Positions 11,047 to 23,719 are shown, numbered from the stretch's first letter. The stretch is 64,000 bases of DNA from Scyliorhinus canicula (GCF_902713615.1 NC_052159.1:80328520-80392519), one strand, 5' to 3'. Translations and numbers: made by a program. The notes: a model not told the origin generated them from the sequence alone.

Positions 11047-12966
11047 TGTGATGAACGGTATTAATAACTGCCGTAAACGGTACCTGACCTTTAATACCTT
11101 GCCCCTTTAAGAGGCTTGGAACCCTGGGGGACTCCGCCTCTGGCTACGCCCCCAGGAAACGGTATATAGGATAAGGCTCCATGTGGCTAGCACACTTCTC
11201 TCGAATGCTGTCCTGTTCTCTCAAAATTCGGCACTCTGCAGTTGAGAAGGAGGCACAAGCCATTGTGGAGGCCGTGCGACACTGGAGGCACTAGCTAGCC
11301 GGTAGGAGGTTCACCCTCATCACCGACCAACGGCCGGTTGCCTTTATGTTCGATAACGCACAACGGGGCAAAATAAAGAATGACAATATTCTGAGGTGGA
11401 GAATAGAGCTCTCCACCTATACGTACGATATTAAATATCGCTCGGGGGAGCTTAACGAATCCCCAGATGCCTTGTCCCGCGGAACGTGCGCCAACGTGCA
11501 ATTGGACCGCCTGCGATCCATCCACGATGACCTCTGCCACCTGGGGGTCACCCGGCTTGCAAGTCCCGCAACCTGCCCTACTCCACAGGGGAGGTCAAGG
11601 CCATGACTAAGGCATGCCAGATCTGTGCGGAATGCAAACCGCAATTCTATCGACCAGACAAGGCCCGCCTGATAAAGGCCTCTGGGCCCTTTGAGCGACT
11701 AAGTGTGGACTTCAAAGGGCCCCTCCCGTCCACCAACCGCAACATCTATTTCCTCACCGTCATCGATGAATTCTCCCGCTTCCCTTTTGTTGTCCCCTGC
11801 CCCGCTATGACCTCGGCCTCCGTGATCAAGGCACTGCGCAGCATCTTCACACTGTTTAGTTTCCCCGCTTATATCCACAGCGACCGGGGTACATCGTTCA
11901 TGAGCGATGAGCTGCGTCGGTACCTGCTCAGCAAGGGCATCGCCTCGAGCAGAACGACGAGCTATATCCCGCGGGGAAACGGACAAGTGGAGAGGGAGAA
12001 CGCAACAGTTTGGAAGGCTGTCCTTCTAGCCCTACGGTCAAGGAGTCTCCCAATCGCCCGCTGGCAGGAGGTCTTACCCGATGCCCTGCACTCCATTAGG
12101 TCGCTCCTCTGTACGGCCACGAATGAGACCCCTCACAATCGTTTGTTTGTCTTCCCCAGGAGGTCCACCTCTGGGGTCTCGCTTCCACTCTGGCTGACTA
12201 CTCCGGGTCCAGTCCTACTCCGGAGGCACGTGAGGAGCCATAAAACGGATCCAATAGTCGAGAGGGTCCACCTGCTGCACGCAAACCCTCAATATGCCTA
12301 CATCGAGCACCCCGACGGCAGGCAGGATACTGTATCCCTGCGACACCTGGCACCCGCTGGCTCTCCCACCGACCCCACCGACTCCCCCACCGACCCCGAC
12401 GCTTTCTCCACCGACCTCCCCCCTTCTACCGATGCTCCCCGCCCCGCACCGACCGCCGACTCCGACAGCGCCCCCCCATAGCGCCCCCTGCCCCCCAGCC
12501 GGCGCCTGTACCGACCACCCTAATCACCCCTGATACCCCTCCCCCTCCAAAGCGGGCAAAAGCTCAGTCAACTGTGCTCCCGGATAGACCACCATCGGAA
12601 CCAACCGCATCCACGGCGCCACCACCGGAGCAGCGAAAGTCAGCACGGACTATCAGACCACCACAAAGACTGAACTTATAACTACACTTCACTCCCGATG
12701 GACTATGTGTTTTTTTTTAAACAGGGGGTGAATGTGAGCAACGGTATTAATAACTGCCGTAAACGGTACCTGACCCTTAATACCTTGCCCATTTAAGAGG
12801 CTTGGAACCCTGGGGGACTCCGCCTCTGGCTACGCCCCCAGGAAACGGTTTATAGGATAAGGCTCCATGTGGCGAGCACACTTCTCTCGAATGCTGTCCT
12901 GTTCTCTGTAGATTAAAGCCTTTTGATTACCGACCTCACTCTCGTGTCGTAATTGAGGGTGCCTCA
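11047..12966 (+). mobile_element. Internally deleted Gypsy/Ty3 LTR retrotransposon
   Basis: CATGG TSD on both sides. The partial 5' LTR (11047-11221) is fused directly to RNase H sequence (EKEAQAIVEAVRHW). Purine-rich PPT precedes the 3' LTR (12733-12966, TG..CA). Confidence 0.93.
11603..12481 (+). pseudogene. Gypsy integrase core (open fragment of a broken pol)
   Basis: CQIC zinc half-motif, SVDFKGPLP, HSDRGTSF and GNGQVERENA (D,D-35-E). Stop and frameshift upstream. Confidence 0.9.
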
Positions 12967-12988
12967 CATGGGTTTTATTTAAAGATAA

Positions 12989-13190
12989 GGGTCAGGATTT
13001 CCCCCCACTCCTGTGGCAGGTTTTCAGGCAGCAGAGGTGACTTACCACTTGTCGGTGGTGGGGTCTTCCAGTCCTAATGATTTCAACGGCACTTTCCATT
13101 GTTCGTTGGCCGTGCTACTGGGAAACCCACCAGCCAATGGCAACCCGGCTCTGCCACCAGAAAACCCACCAGAGAGGGGATGGAAAATCT
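12989..13190. mobile_element. Short degenerate MITE
   Basis: TIR-like ends GGGTCAGGATTTCC and GGAAAATCT. Confidence 0.45.
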
Positions 13191-13350
13191 TTGTCAAGGT
13201 GTTCAAAGTCACACTTTGACTCACAGCTCGATATCACCTTATACACCTTTTAACTTGAACATTCTACTTCAATGTTTTAGCCATCTTAATTATGAATAGT
13301 GTGTGAAATGAGATCTAGCAGCAGGAAGATGTTGATGCCTCATAGCTAAC

Positions 13351-16300
13351 TAATGACTTTGAGATTGGCCAATTGGAATACGAGTTCCCTGATTTGTGGC
13401 CCATCAGGAAACCTCTTCTCTGTCTATAGCAGGCAGTGTCAGATCAGCAAGCTGAATGCACATAATCACACGGTTGTTGGTTTTGTTAATAAAAGGCACT
13501 CTAGTGAAGGGACTTATGCCTCCGTGGACTAATTACAGCAGCAACGAGGAAAATGGAACAACCCGAAGGAACTTGCTCCTTGTCAGCCGCCACATATTGA
13601 GGGTAAGCGACTGACAGGTAAAATTACTCTTTTGATCCTGCAGTGGAAGACTGGACCCAATATAATAGAGCGGATGAAGTACTTTTTCGGAGCGAATTAT
13701 ATAGTTCCGGATGAAAGGCAGCGGGTCATTCTGCTGACCGCGTGTGGGCCGGCAGCTTTTGCCATAATGCGCAGTCTCACTTTTCCGGAGACACCGGACA
13801 CGAAAACTTTTCAGGAATTGACAGACTTAGTAAAAGAGTACGATGACCCTAAGCCACCTCTGATCCTGCGAAGGTACCGGTTTTACTCAGCATTCCGAGA
13901 CAGAGGGGAGTCAGTCACTAATTGTTTTAACAAGATTAAGGCATTTAGTAGAGGCTTGCAAATTTGGCCTGATGCTAAATGAAATGCTCCAAGACCGGTT
14001 GGTGTGCGGAATAAATAATTTAGCAACACAAAAACGTTTGTTAGCAGAGGCCGAGCTGAATTGCAAACAAGCATTGCAGCTGGCTTTGTCCTCATAAAAA
14101 GCGGCCAGCGGAACACATGAGTCACAGGGTTTTCCGATGGAGGTAGATGCCCACACCAGTGCAACTGAGTGATAGGCAACTGCATAACCACTCTCAGGAA
14201 TGACTCGGATACTAAGGGACCCAGGCCAACTCGCAGAACCGCTCGCAAGCAAGGGAAAATTAGGACCAGACAGATGGCATCCACTGCAGCTTTCCGCCCA
14301 GCAAGATATTGTAGTTGTTGCCAGAGAGGAGAAATTGAAGTCAAAAACCAACATTTCGGAGAAGGACAAGTAGGCCGGAGTACAGGAGAAAGCACATCCT
14401 GGACGCCCCACCTACCTTGGGTGAGGAACAACTAAATTGTGTGACAATGGTTAAATCAAAACCCATTAAACTAACCATAAAGCTGAATGGACGTCCAACA
14501 TTAATGGAGGTAGACATAGGAGCAGCCTTCGTGGAGACTTCAAACAAACGATTAATCGCTACTCACAATTGGACAAATACACAATTCACTGGATTTAGGA
14601 TTTATATGCAAAGCTGGCAGGCACAAAACATTAAAACACATGATGCTAACAGGGGAGATGGAAAGACCAGTCCAGGTGGAATTCCACCTATACTAAAGCT
14701 GTATCTGTGTCCAGGGCCAGCCATCGGACATAGCTCTTGGCCAGCATCTTTATTTTTGAGACTCCAGGGTACCCGTATGGCTCATTGGCCTTGACTTTGA
14801 ACTATTACTCATGCTCCCCGTTGCACTGTGGAAGAGGGATCTGCAACGGGGAGCACGAGTAATAGTTCAAGAGCTATGTCCGATGACTGGCCCTGGACAC
14901 AGATACAGCAGCATCGGTAGGTCGGTGCCAAGAATGACAACTAGGCCAGAAGGTGAAACCGGCAGCCCCATTGCACCCATGGGAATGGCCGGGTAGACAT
15001 GGTCGCATTTTGCAGGCCCGTTTAGGGGTTCAATGATTTTTGTGATAGTAGACGTCCATTCCAAATGGTTGGATGTCGACAAAATGAACTCTTTGCACCT
15101 CGTTTGCAACATATGGGTCGGGGTTCTCCGCCGGTGTGATTCTCCGTTATGCCGGCACCCGGGGGTTTCCCGATGGCATGGGGCTGCCCCACAATGGGAA
15201 ACCCCATTGACCGGCTGGTGTAACGGAGAATCCCGCCGGCCGGTCGGGGGAGTCACGTGGTGCGGCGGAGCGGAGAATCCCGACCCTGGCATCCCAGAGG
15301 TGTTAGTTTCAGACAATGGATTTGTTTTCATCAGCAAGGAGTTCACAAAATTCATGAAGTCAAATGACATTCGGCACATAAGGATAGCACCATACCACCC
15401 GGCATCAAATGGGTTGTTGGGAGAGCCATCCAGATCCTAAAAGCCGAGTTGAAAAAGCAGTTAGCAGCATCAGGAGACACTAAACTGTTGCGCTGGCTAT
15501 TCAAATACAGGACAACCCTACCGCCATAACGGGAATAGCACCGGCAGAGATACTCATGGGCAGACGACTCCGCACTAGGCTGAGCCTACTATTCCAAAAT
15601 TTAGGCGAAAGAGTATAAAAACACCAAGAGGCCCAATGCAGGGGCCACAACACTCGAGAAAGGAAGTTCAACGTGGGTGAAAAGATATGGGTCAGAAATG
15701 ATGCGAATGTCCCCACATGGGTAGTAGGAACAGTCAAGGCCAGGACGACCTGTGTCGTATTAGATACATGTGGGAAAACACATCGTAAAAAGACCTGGAT
15801 CAGGTACAGGCCTCGGACTCGTTTCCTCCCCCAGAGCTGACTCAGACCATCATACAGAGGACCGTGGAGAGTCCTCCCCAACAGACTATTCACGTCCTTC
15901 TGGCACCGCTGGTGAGGACATCGAACTCTGATATGGACACCATTGATGACACTTCGGCTGTCCCCCTGCCATCAGAGGAAGAGGGCGAACTGTCCATCCG
16001 GCGTTCTCATCGAAAAAGAAGGACGTCTAGCTGTTATACCCCCCTACGTCAGAGGCTGAAGTCGAGGAACCCAGACCCAGCGCAGAAATTAAGAAAGAGA
16101 CCTGTGAGTCACGAGGACCAAGGGGGCACCTCAGACTTTGGGGGAGGGGTGTAATGACTTAGACCAGGCCTTTGAGATTGGCCAATTGGAATTTGAGTTC
16201 CCTGATTAGTGGCCTAGTCAGGGAACCTCTTCTCTGTATATAACAGGAAGTGTCAGATCCTCTGCATTCCCAGTGTAGACAGCAAGCTGAATGCACATGG

Positions 16301-16374
16301 TCATACTACTGTTGGTTTGATTAATAAAAGGAATTTTGGTGAAGGGGCTTCTGCCTCCATGGACTCATTATACA
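13351..16374 (+). mobile_element. Decayed Gypsy LTR retrotransposon lacking RT
   Basis: Direct-repeat LTRs at about 13351-13537 and 16150-16374; PPT GGGGGAGGGG. gag (YFFGAN..ILLTACG..RYRFY), protease (LMEVDIGAA) and integrase (IVDVHSKW, VSDNG, YHPASNG) are all disrupted. Confidence 0.9.
15116..15285. mobile_element. Short Harbinger-type MITE inserted in the Gypsy integrase
   Basis: TIRs GGTCGGGGTTCTCC and GGAGAATCCCGACC; flanks ATG/CTG; interrupts FATY|GIPEVLVSDNG. Confidence 0.85.
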
Positions 16375-17049
16375 AACTACTATTTGTTTCCTATCATGCT
16401 ACTTTTGTTTTTATGATAAAGCTGTCAATTTAGCCTCAAGCATATAATTAAATATTTTGTATTAAAAAAACGGTTGAAAACTCAGTAATGGTTTCTTCCA
16501 GTACATTTACTATATATATATATGATGCCTTTAGTGTCATAAAATGCACCTGAACCCTTCCTCCCTAAACAGATTTCAATGCTGTTAACATCCCTTTCAT
16601 CCTGAGGATTACGCTTTTGTCCTTCAAAATATAAGTGTTCTGCATTTTCCAATATTGCGATACTTTCTCTGTATTTAATGAGCTGTGAACAAATTCAGCT
16701 GCAGCTCCACCCCTATCATTTCCTTAAGCATTCTTGGATGCATTCCATTGGATTTGTCACTTTATGAATATTCAAGAAATCTCTTTCTCTAATTGCTGTG
16801 TCATTACTAATCTCTGTTTTCTCCTTTAATTTGAATATGCTTCTCATCTCTCAAAACAAAAGTGAATAACATTTTTCCATAATGAAAGTTGCTATTAAAA
16901 TTTCCAGTGTATGGTTCTCTCCCACAAGCTCATCTCTCCTCCATTTAAACATGTCCTCTTTCGTGATTATAAATTCATCCTTAACTCACTTTTTATCCAT
17001 TCTAATATAGTTTTATACTGTTCCAATTTTGATTTTACCTGTTGGGTTA

Positions 17050-17405
17050 TAGAACATAGAACATAGAACAGTACAGCACAGAACAGGCCCTTCGGCCCTC
17101 AATGTTGTGCCGAGCCATGATCACCCTACTCAAACCCACGTATCCACCCTATACCCGTAACCCAACAACCCCCCCTTAACCTTACTTTTTTTTTATTAGG
17201 ACACTACGGGCAATTTAGCATGGCCAATCCACCTAACCCGCACATCTTTGGACTGTGGGAGGAAACCGGAGCACCCGGAGGAAACCCACGCACACAGGGG
17301 GAGGACGTGCAGACTCCACACAGACAGTGACCCAGCCGGGAATCGAACCTGGGACCCTGGAGCTGTGAAGCATTTATGCTAACCACCATGTTACCCTGAT
17401 GCCCC
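17050..17405 (-). mobile_element. HE1-type V-SINE with CR1-like tail
   Basis: tRNA head (GGTTCGATTCCC), V domain, 3' GGGCCGAAGGGCCTGTTCTGTGCTGTAC and (TTCTATG)n. Confidence 0.92.
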
Positions 17406-18048
17406 AAGGTTATATTTTAAGCTGCTTTAAATTTGTTTTTATGTTGTATTTTCAAATTGCTCACTTTTGAATCTTGAAACAACTACTAATTTTATCCTTT
17501 TTTAAAATTTCCCCGTTTATTTTGTGGGTGTATATTTTGACATTTCTTTCTTCTATAAAACATCTGTTTAATTTGCACTGTATAATCTTGAGATGCATCA
17601 CATCGCCCCTGCACTGAGGAGATTAATGTGAGCTAAATGACCTCTGTTCTGTTTGAAAGTGCAACCTTGGGCTGTTCGGTGTTCCAAAGAAGAGTCGTAT
17701 TCGACTTGAAATGTTAACTCTGTTTCTTCATACTTATTAATAGACAACTAAAGGCCAGCCAGCAACCTAGTATGGGCAAGACATCAATGTAGTTCAAAAT
17801 AATATTTAGGTGCTTCAAGTAACAAACAGAAATTTAATTACACCACAATGCCTTGGACACACATGTTCATGCCCTATAGATTTTTAATCTTCCTTACCCT
17901 GCTGCTCAATCATTGTGCAAACTCTATGGCTTCAGCAGAGATAGAGACAGGTTGCTCAGTTTCTTGTTCTGACTGTTGAGATGCTCCTGGCCAATGTCCT
18001 GTGGGTTTTAGACCCCATCGGGCCAAGCCATTGAATGTTCCACCTGTT

Positions 18049-21000
18049 AATAAGAACATAAGAACATAAGAACTAGGAGCAGGAGTAGGCCATCTGGCCC
18101 CTCGAGCCTGCTCCGCCATTCAATGAGATCATGGCTGATCTTTTGTGGACTCAGCTCCACTTTCCGGCCCGAACACCATAACCCTTAATCCCTTTATTCT
18201 TCAAAAAACTATCTATCTTTACCTTAAAAACATGTAATGAAGGAGCCTCAACTGCTTCACTGGGCAAGGAATTCCATAGATTCACAACCCTTTGGGTGAA
18301 GAAGTTCCTCCTAAACTCAGTCCTAAATCTACTTCCCCTTATTTTGAGGCTATGTCCCCTAGTTCTGCTGTCACCCGCCAGTGGAAACAACCTGCCCGCA
18401 TCTATCCTATCTATTCCCTTCATAATTTTAAATGTTTCTATAAGATCCCCCCTCATCCTTCTAAATTCCAACGAGTACAGTCCCAGTCTACTCAACCTCT
18501 CCTCATAATCCAACCCCTTCAGCTCTGGGATTAACCTAGTGAATCTCCTCTGCACACCCTCCAGCGCCAGTACGTCCTTTCTCAAGTAAGGAGACCAAAA
18601 CTGAACACAATACTCCAGGTGTGGCCGCACTAACACCTTATACAATTGCAACATAACCTCCCTAGTCTTAAACTCCATCCCTCTAGCAATGAAGGACAAA
18701 ATTCCATTTGCCTTCTTAATCACCTGTTGCACTTGTAAACCAACCTTCTGTGACTCATGCACTAGCACACCCAAGTCTCTCTGAACAGCGGCATGCTTTA
18801 ATATTTTATCGTTTAAATAATAATCCCGTTTGCTGTTATTCCTACCAAAATGGATAACCTCACATTTGTCAACATTGTATTCCATCTGCCAGACCCGAGC
18901 CCATTCACTTAACCTATCCAAATCCCTCTGCAGACTTCCAGTATCCTCTGCACTTTTCGCTTTACCACTCATCTTAGTGTCATCTGCAAACTTGGACACA
19001 TTGCTCTTGGTCCCCAACTCCAAATCATCAATGTAAATTGTGAACAATTGTGGGCCCAACACGGATCCCTGAGGGACACCACTAGCTACTGATTGCCAAC
19101 CAGAGAAACACCCATTCATCCCAACTCTTTGCTTTCTATTAATTAACCAATCCTCTATCCATGCTACTACTTTACCCTTAATGCCATGCATCTTTATCTT
19201 ATGCAGCAACCTTTTGTGTGGCACCTTGTCAAAGGCTTTCTGGAAATCCAGATATACCACATCCATCGGCTCCCCGTTATCTACTGCACTGGTAATGTCC
19301 TCAAAAAATTCCACTAAATTAGTTAGGCATGACCTGCCTTTAACGAACCCATGCTGCGTCTGCCCAATGGGACAATTTCTATCCAGATGCCTCGCAATTT
19401 CTTCCTTGATGATAGATTCCAGCATCTTCCCTATTACCGAAGTTAAACTCACTGGCCTATAATTTCCTGCTTTCTGCCTACCTCCTTTTTTAAACAGTGG
19501 CGTCACATTTGCTAATTTCCAATCCACCGGGACCACCCCAGAGTCTAGTGAATTTTGGTAAATTATCACTAGTGCATCTGCAATTTCCCTAGCCATCTCT
19601 TTTAGCACTCTGGGATGCATTCCATCAGGACCAGGAGACTTGTCTACCTTTAGCCCCATTAGCTTGCCCGTCACTCCCTCCTTAGTGATAACAATCCTCT
19701 CAAGGTCCTCACCTGTCATAGCCTCATTTCTATCAGTCGCTGGCGTGTTATTTGTGTCTTCCACTGTGAAGACCGACCCAAAAAACCTGTTCAGTTCCTC
19801 AGCCATTTCCTCATTTCCCATTATTAAAACTCCCTTCTCATCCTCTAAAGGACCAATATTCACCTTAGCCACTCTTTTTTGTCTTATATACTTGTAAAAA
19901 CTTTTACTGTCTGTTTTTATATTCTGAGCAAGTTTACTCTCATACTCTATCTTACTCTTCTTTATAGCTTTTTTAGTAGCTTTCTGTTGCCCCCTAAAGA
20001 TTTCCCAGTCCTCTAATCTCCCAGCAATCTTTGCCACTTTATATGCTTTTTCCTTCAATTTGATACTCTCCCTTATTTCCTTAGGTATCCACGGTCGATT
20101 TTCCCTCTTTCTTCCGTCCTTCCTTTTTGTTGGTATAAACCTTTGCTGAGCACTGTGAAAAATCGCTTGGAAGGTTCTCCACTGTTCCTCAACTGTTCCA
20201 CCATAAAGTCTTAGCTCCCAGTCTACCTTAGCTAGTTCTTCTCTCATCCCCTTGTAATCTCCTTTGTTTAAACACAAAACACTAGTATTTGATTTTACTT
20301 TCTCACCCTCCATCTGTATTTTAAATTCCACCATATTGTGATCGCTCCTTCCGAGAGGATCCCTAACTATGAGATCATGAATCAATCCTGTCTCATTACA
20401 CAGGACAAGATCTAGGACCGCTTGTTCCCTCGTAGGTTCCATTACATACTGTTCTAGGAAACTATCGCGGATACATTCTATAAACTCCTCCTCACGGTTG
20501 CCTTGACCGACCTGGTTAAACCAATCGACATGTAGATTAAAATCCCCCATGATAACTGCTGTACCATTTCTACATGCATCAGTTATTTCTTTGTTTATTG
20601 CCTGCCCCACCATCTCGTTACTATTTGGTGGCCGATAGACTACTCCTATCAGTGACTTTTTCGCCTTACTATTCCTGATTTCCACCCAAATGGATTCAAC
20701 CTTATCCTCCATAGCACCGATGTCATCCCTTCCTATTGCCCGGATGTCATCCTTAAATAACAGAGCAACACCACCTCCCTTACCATCCACTCTGTCCTTC
20801 CGAATAGTTTGATACCCTCGGATATTTAACTCCCAGTCGTGACCATCCTTTAACCATGTTTCAGTAATGGCCACTAAATCATAGTCATTTACGATGATTT
20901 GTGCCACCAACTCATTTACTTTATTCCGAATACTACGAGCATTCAGGTAAAGTACACTTATGTTGGTTTTTTTACCTCTGTTTTGAATCTTAACATCTCC

Positions 21001-21165
21001 AGTTTTATTCCTTTTGTTATTACTGGGCCTATTCACTGTGCTCCCCTCAGTCACTGTACCTTGTACTGTCACCCTTATGGATTTCTGACTATGTCTTCTC
21101 TGCCTTGCACTTTTCCCCTTACTTCCTTTTGTTTCTGTCCCTGTTTTACTACCTTCCAACTTCCA
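18049..21165 (-). mobile_element. Young 5'-truncated CR1 LINE
   Basis: Intact ORF2 frame, short 3' UTR with a stem-loop region and (TTCTTATG)n tail at about 18049-18072. No ORF1. Confidence 0.97.
18151..21159 (-). CDS. CR1 ORF2: apurinic endonuclease and reverse transcriptase (1002 codons)
   Basis: APE motifs LNARS, ITETW, VYRPP, MGDFN and SDH; RT motifs NYRPVSLTS, LDFQKAFD, GVPQGSVLGP and FADD. The frame begins at TTG next to the truncation point, so the true start is uncertain. Confidence 0.96.
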   Translation of the reverse strand: MEGSKTGTETKGSKGKSARQRRHSQKSIRVTVQGTVTEGSTVNRPSNNKRNKTGDVKIQNRGKKTNISVLYLNARSIRNKVNELVAQIIVNDYDLVAITETWLKDGHDWELNIRGYQTIRKDRVDGKGGGVALLFKDDIRAIGRDDIGAMEDKVESIWVEIRNSKAKKSLIGVVYRPPNSNEMVGQAINKEITDACRNGTAVIMGDFNLHVDWFNQVGQGNREEEFIECIRDSFLEQYVMEPTREQAVLDLVLCNETGLIHDLIVRDPLGRSDHNMVEFKIQMEGEKVKSNTSVLCLNKGDYKGMREELAKVDWELRLYGGTVEEQWRTFQAIFHSAQQRFIPTKRKDGRKRENRPWIPKEIRESIKLKEKAYKVAKIAGRLEDWEIFRGQQKATKKAIKKSKIEYESKLAQNIKTDSKSFYKYIRQKRVAKVNIGPLEDEKGVLIMGNEEMAEELNRFFGSVFTVEDTNNTPATDRNEAMTGEDLERIVITKEGVTGKLMGLKVDKSPGPDGMHPRVLKEMAREIADALVIIYQNSLDSGVVPVDWKLANVTPLFKKGGRQKAGNYRPVSLTSVIGKMLESIIKEEIARHLDRNCPIGQTQHGFVKGRSCLTNLVEFFEDITSAVDNGEPMDVVYLDFQKAFDKVPHKRLLHKIKMHGIKGKVVAWIEDWLINRKQRVGMNGCFSGWQSVASGVPQGSVLGPQLFTIYIDDLELGTKSNVSKFADDTKMSGKAKSAEDTGSLQRDLDRLSEWARVWQMEYNVDKCEVIHFGRNNSKRDYYLNDKILKHAAVQRDLGVLVHESQKVGLQVQQVIKKANGILSFIARGMEFKTREVMLQLYKVLVRPHLEYCVQFWSPYLRKDVLALEGVQRRFTRLIPELKGLDYEERLSRLGLYSLEFRRMRGDLIETFKIMKGIDRIDAGRLFPLAGDSRTRGHSLKIRGSRFRTEFRRNFFTQRVVNLWNSLPSEAVEAPSLHVFKVKIDSFLKNKGIKGYGVRAGKWS

Positions 21166-21333
21166 GCATTGTCTTTATTAGAAAAGGATTGTCCTATCAG
21201 TATTAAAAAAATTCTTAGTACAATTATATAGAACCTTTGTGAGACCACACCCAGTGTGTTATGTACAGTTTAATTGACTTAGTTAAGAAAGAAATAACCT
21301 TATCAATTAAGGTTTCACCACTGTGAAAATGTG

Positions 21334-21937
21334 GGCTGGGATTCTCCAAAATCCCGGCTAAGTGTTGACGCCGGCGTAAACACCGGAGTGTTTCACGCCG
21401 GTGTCAATGGGCCTCTTGGCCCAGCGATTCAGTGGCCAGTGTGGCATCCATTTCCACACTGGTGCATGTGCGTGGTGGCCGTTTCCGTGCCAGCGCCATG
21501 TAACATGGCGTAGCAACACAGCTGGCCCTCACAGAAGAAGATAGGCCTCCACCCCCCTCCCCCCCCGCCCCCCCAGATCGCATACGCCCGCCGATCGGTA
21601 GCCCCGATCGCAGACCTGGCCGTCATGGAGGCCTCCCCCGGAGTCTGATCTTCACGCCCCCCACCAGGACGGCCACCCTGGCCGCGGGTCCGAGCTCCCA
21701 CCGGCTGGTAGCATATGTGAACCACGCTGGCGGAGCTCGGCGGGAACTCGGCCGGTCGACCGCGGAGAATCGCCGCGGGGGCCTCTTTCAACCGCCCCCA
21801 ACTGGCGTGTGTCGACCGCGTGCGTGCAACTGCCGCTGATTCTCCTGTCGCCGGTGAATCGCGTCTTGGCGTCGGAGCGGCAATTTTCGGCATCAACGCC
21901 GATTCTCCGACATGGCGCGGGCTCAGAGAATCCGGCT
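21334..21937. mobile_element. Harbinger-type MITE with a GTG TSD
   Basis: GTG|GGCTGGGATTCTCC ... AGAGAATCCGGCT|GTG. Confidence 0.88.
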
Positions 21938-23719
21938 GTGAGCTTTAATCAATATCTGACCCTAAAATAGACCGGACTCTGTGGCAAAACCTCAGCCCAA
22001 TCATTCTATTTTCAGGTTTTGACTTTCTATTCAAAGATCCTTGCAGGACATTTGCGTGCATCTTTATATTTATGGTGGGGTGGGAGATGCATTGGACCTC
22101 AGTTAAGGAAAGAATCAAACGCAAACTGTGCTCTCCTCTCTACTGAAATGGATTGCTAACACTCTATACAAAGGTTAATATGCGAGTTAGAGTTAGTTCA
22201 TGGAGGTGCCTGAGTACAGACACTGCCTGTGGAAAGGTGCCCAAGCAAGGACTCAGCAATTTAGGGGAGGAGAGAATAAGCAAACAAAAAAATGGAGTTG
22301 AATAGTCAATTTGGCTACCTGTAGTCACCTTGTCAGACAGACGTCTTCATTAATATCAATTGGTCTGCTACGGCCCACACTTTGAATAAAAGAATAATTA
22401 ATTTTAGGTTATTTATTAATAGCGAAACCCATTTTATTTAGGTTACATGACTTCATATTGTGCACTATCTGTTCCTGATTGTGTTCTTCCTATATTAGTT
22501 TTGCTTCATATTGGTATTTTTTCACGTTCGAACAATAGCTATTTATTTCTGATGCATATTAAAATTGGCGAGATGCTAATGTGCAATTGCAGAGATAAAG
22601 CTCTTCAATTTCAATTGTAAGCAGTCTTATGTAAAATTAATGCAAAATATTAAAACCACACTCCTCTCTATTCTATCATTCACTGTGCAGGTATTATTTG
22701 AAGAATTATGATATTCTAGCTTGAAAAACTCTTGAGAGTGATATTAAAAAATGTTAAAGATAGATATGGGGCCTATAATTCTCTTCAGGCATCTATGCTC
22801 CACATTACTGACCTTGGCTCATAATCTAAAGTCAGAGCATTTTAAATATTTCTGTGCATAGAGAGGACAGTTAAGAGTTTAGGAACAGAATAATGGTAAA
22901 TGAAGTTATCTTCACCGCACCTCACTGCCACCGACCCCCCCCCCCCCCTCCTCCCCCGATCCCGGCAAAACACATACCAGTTGCTATTAAAACAGTGCTC
23001 AATGTCACACATTTAAATGAGCGCGCATTTCACCTTATTAGAAAGTGAAATGTCACTTGAGAGTAATATCTCACTATCATGAATGAACTCACCTAAAGTT
23101 AGCTAACTACCATTCCTAGGCCTAGAAATTCAGTTGTCTTGGCTGATATCCCTGCAATGAATTTTCAATCACACGTTAATTTAGTACCAGCGATCTAAGG
23201 AAACAAAAGTAGTCTTTGCAGAATGAATGCAAAACCTTACCTTGCATAGCAAAGTTCTTCAAATGAACTCCAGTGCTGAATTTTTCAATGTCAAATGGGG
23301 ATTTGCTGAGAACAAATTTCTCGCTCTGGGCTGTTCTCTGGGAAGCAAGCCTGCCTGTGCCCTATTCATGCCCTTAAAGATAGGTTGCATTTTAATAGCA
23401 ATTATGAGTTTGCGCATTCTTCAGGGGCTGCATCGTTTATTGTGTGTGTACCTTGGGATTCCTTAGTTTCTTACTCTAGAAGAGATCTTGCTGGAGGCAA
23501 TGGTCTTTCGTTCAAAAAGACTTCTATTTACATCACTAACTATTTACAAGGTTATAAAGCATCAGGGCAGAACTACAGCTCCTCTCTCAGGTGTTTCTCA
23601 TGCATCTTCTCTCAGTGTGTGCGATTACTATGATATCGTTCCCAATGCACATGTTCAGCAGCGAGTAGTATAGTTAACTCTTCACTCTACGTGAACCCTT
23701 TACTCCCCCACGAGTCTTT

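Noticed and set aside
17340-17405. tRNA genes at SINE heads
   Set aside because: A and B boxes are present, but there is no complete cloverleaf and each continues into a V-SINE body.
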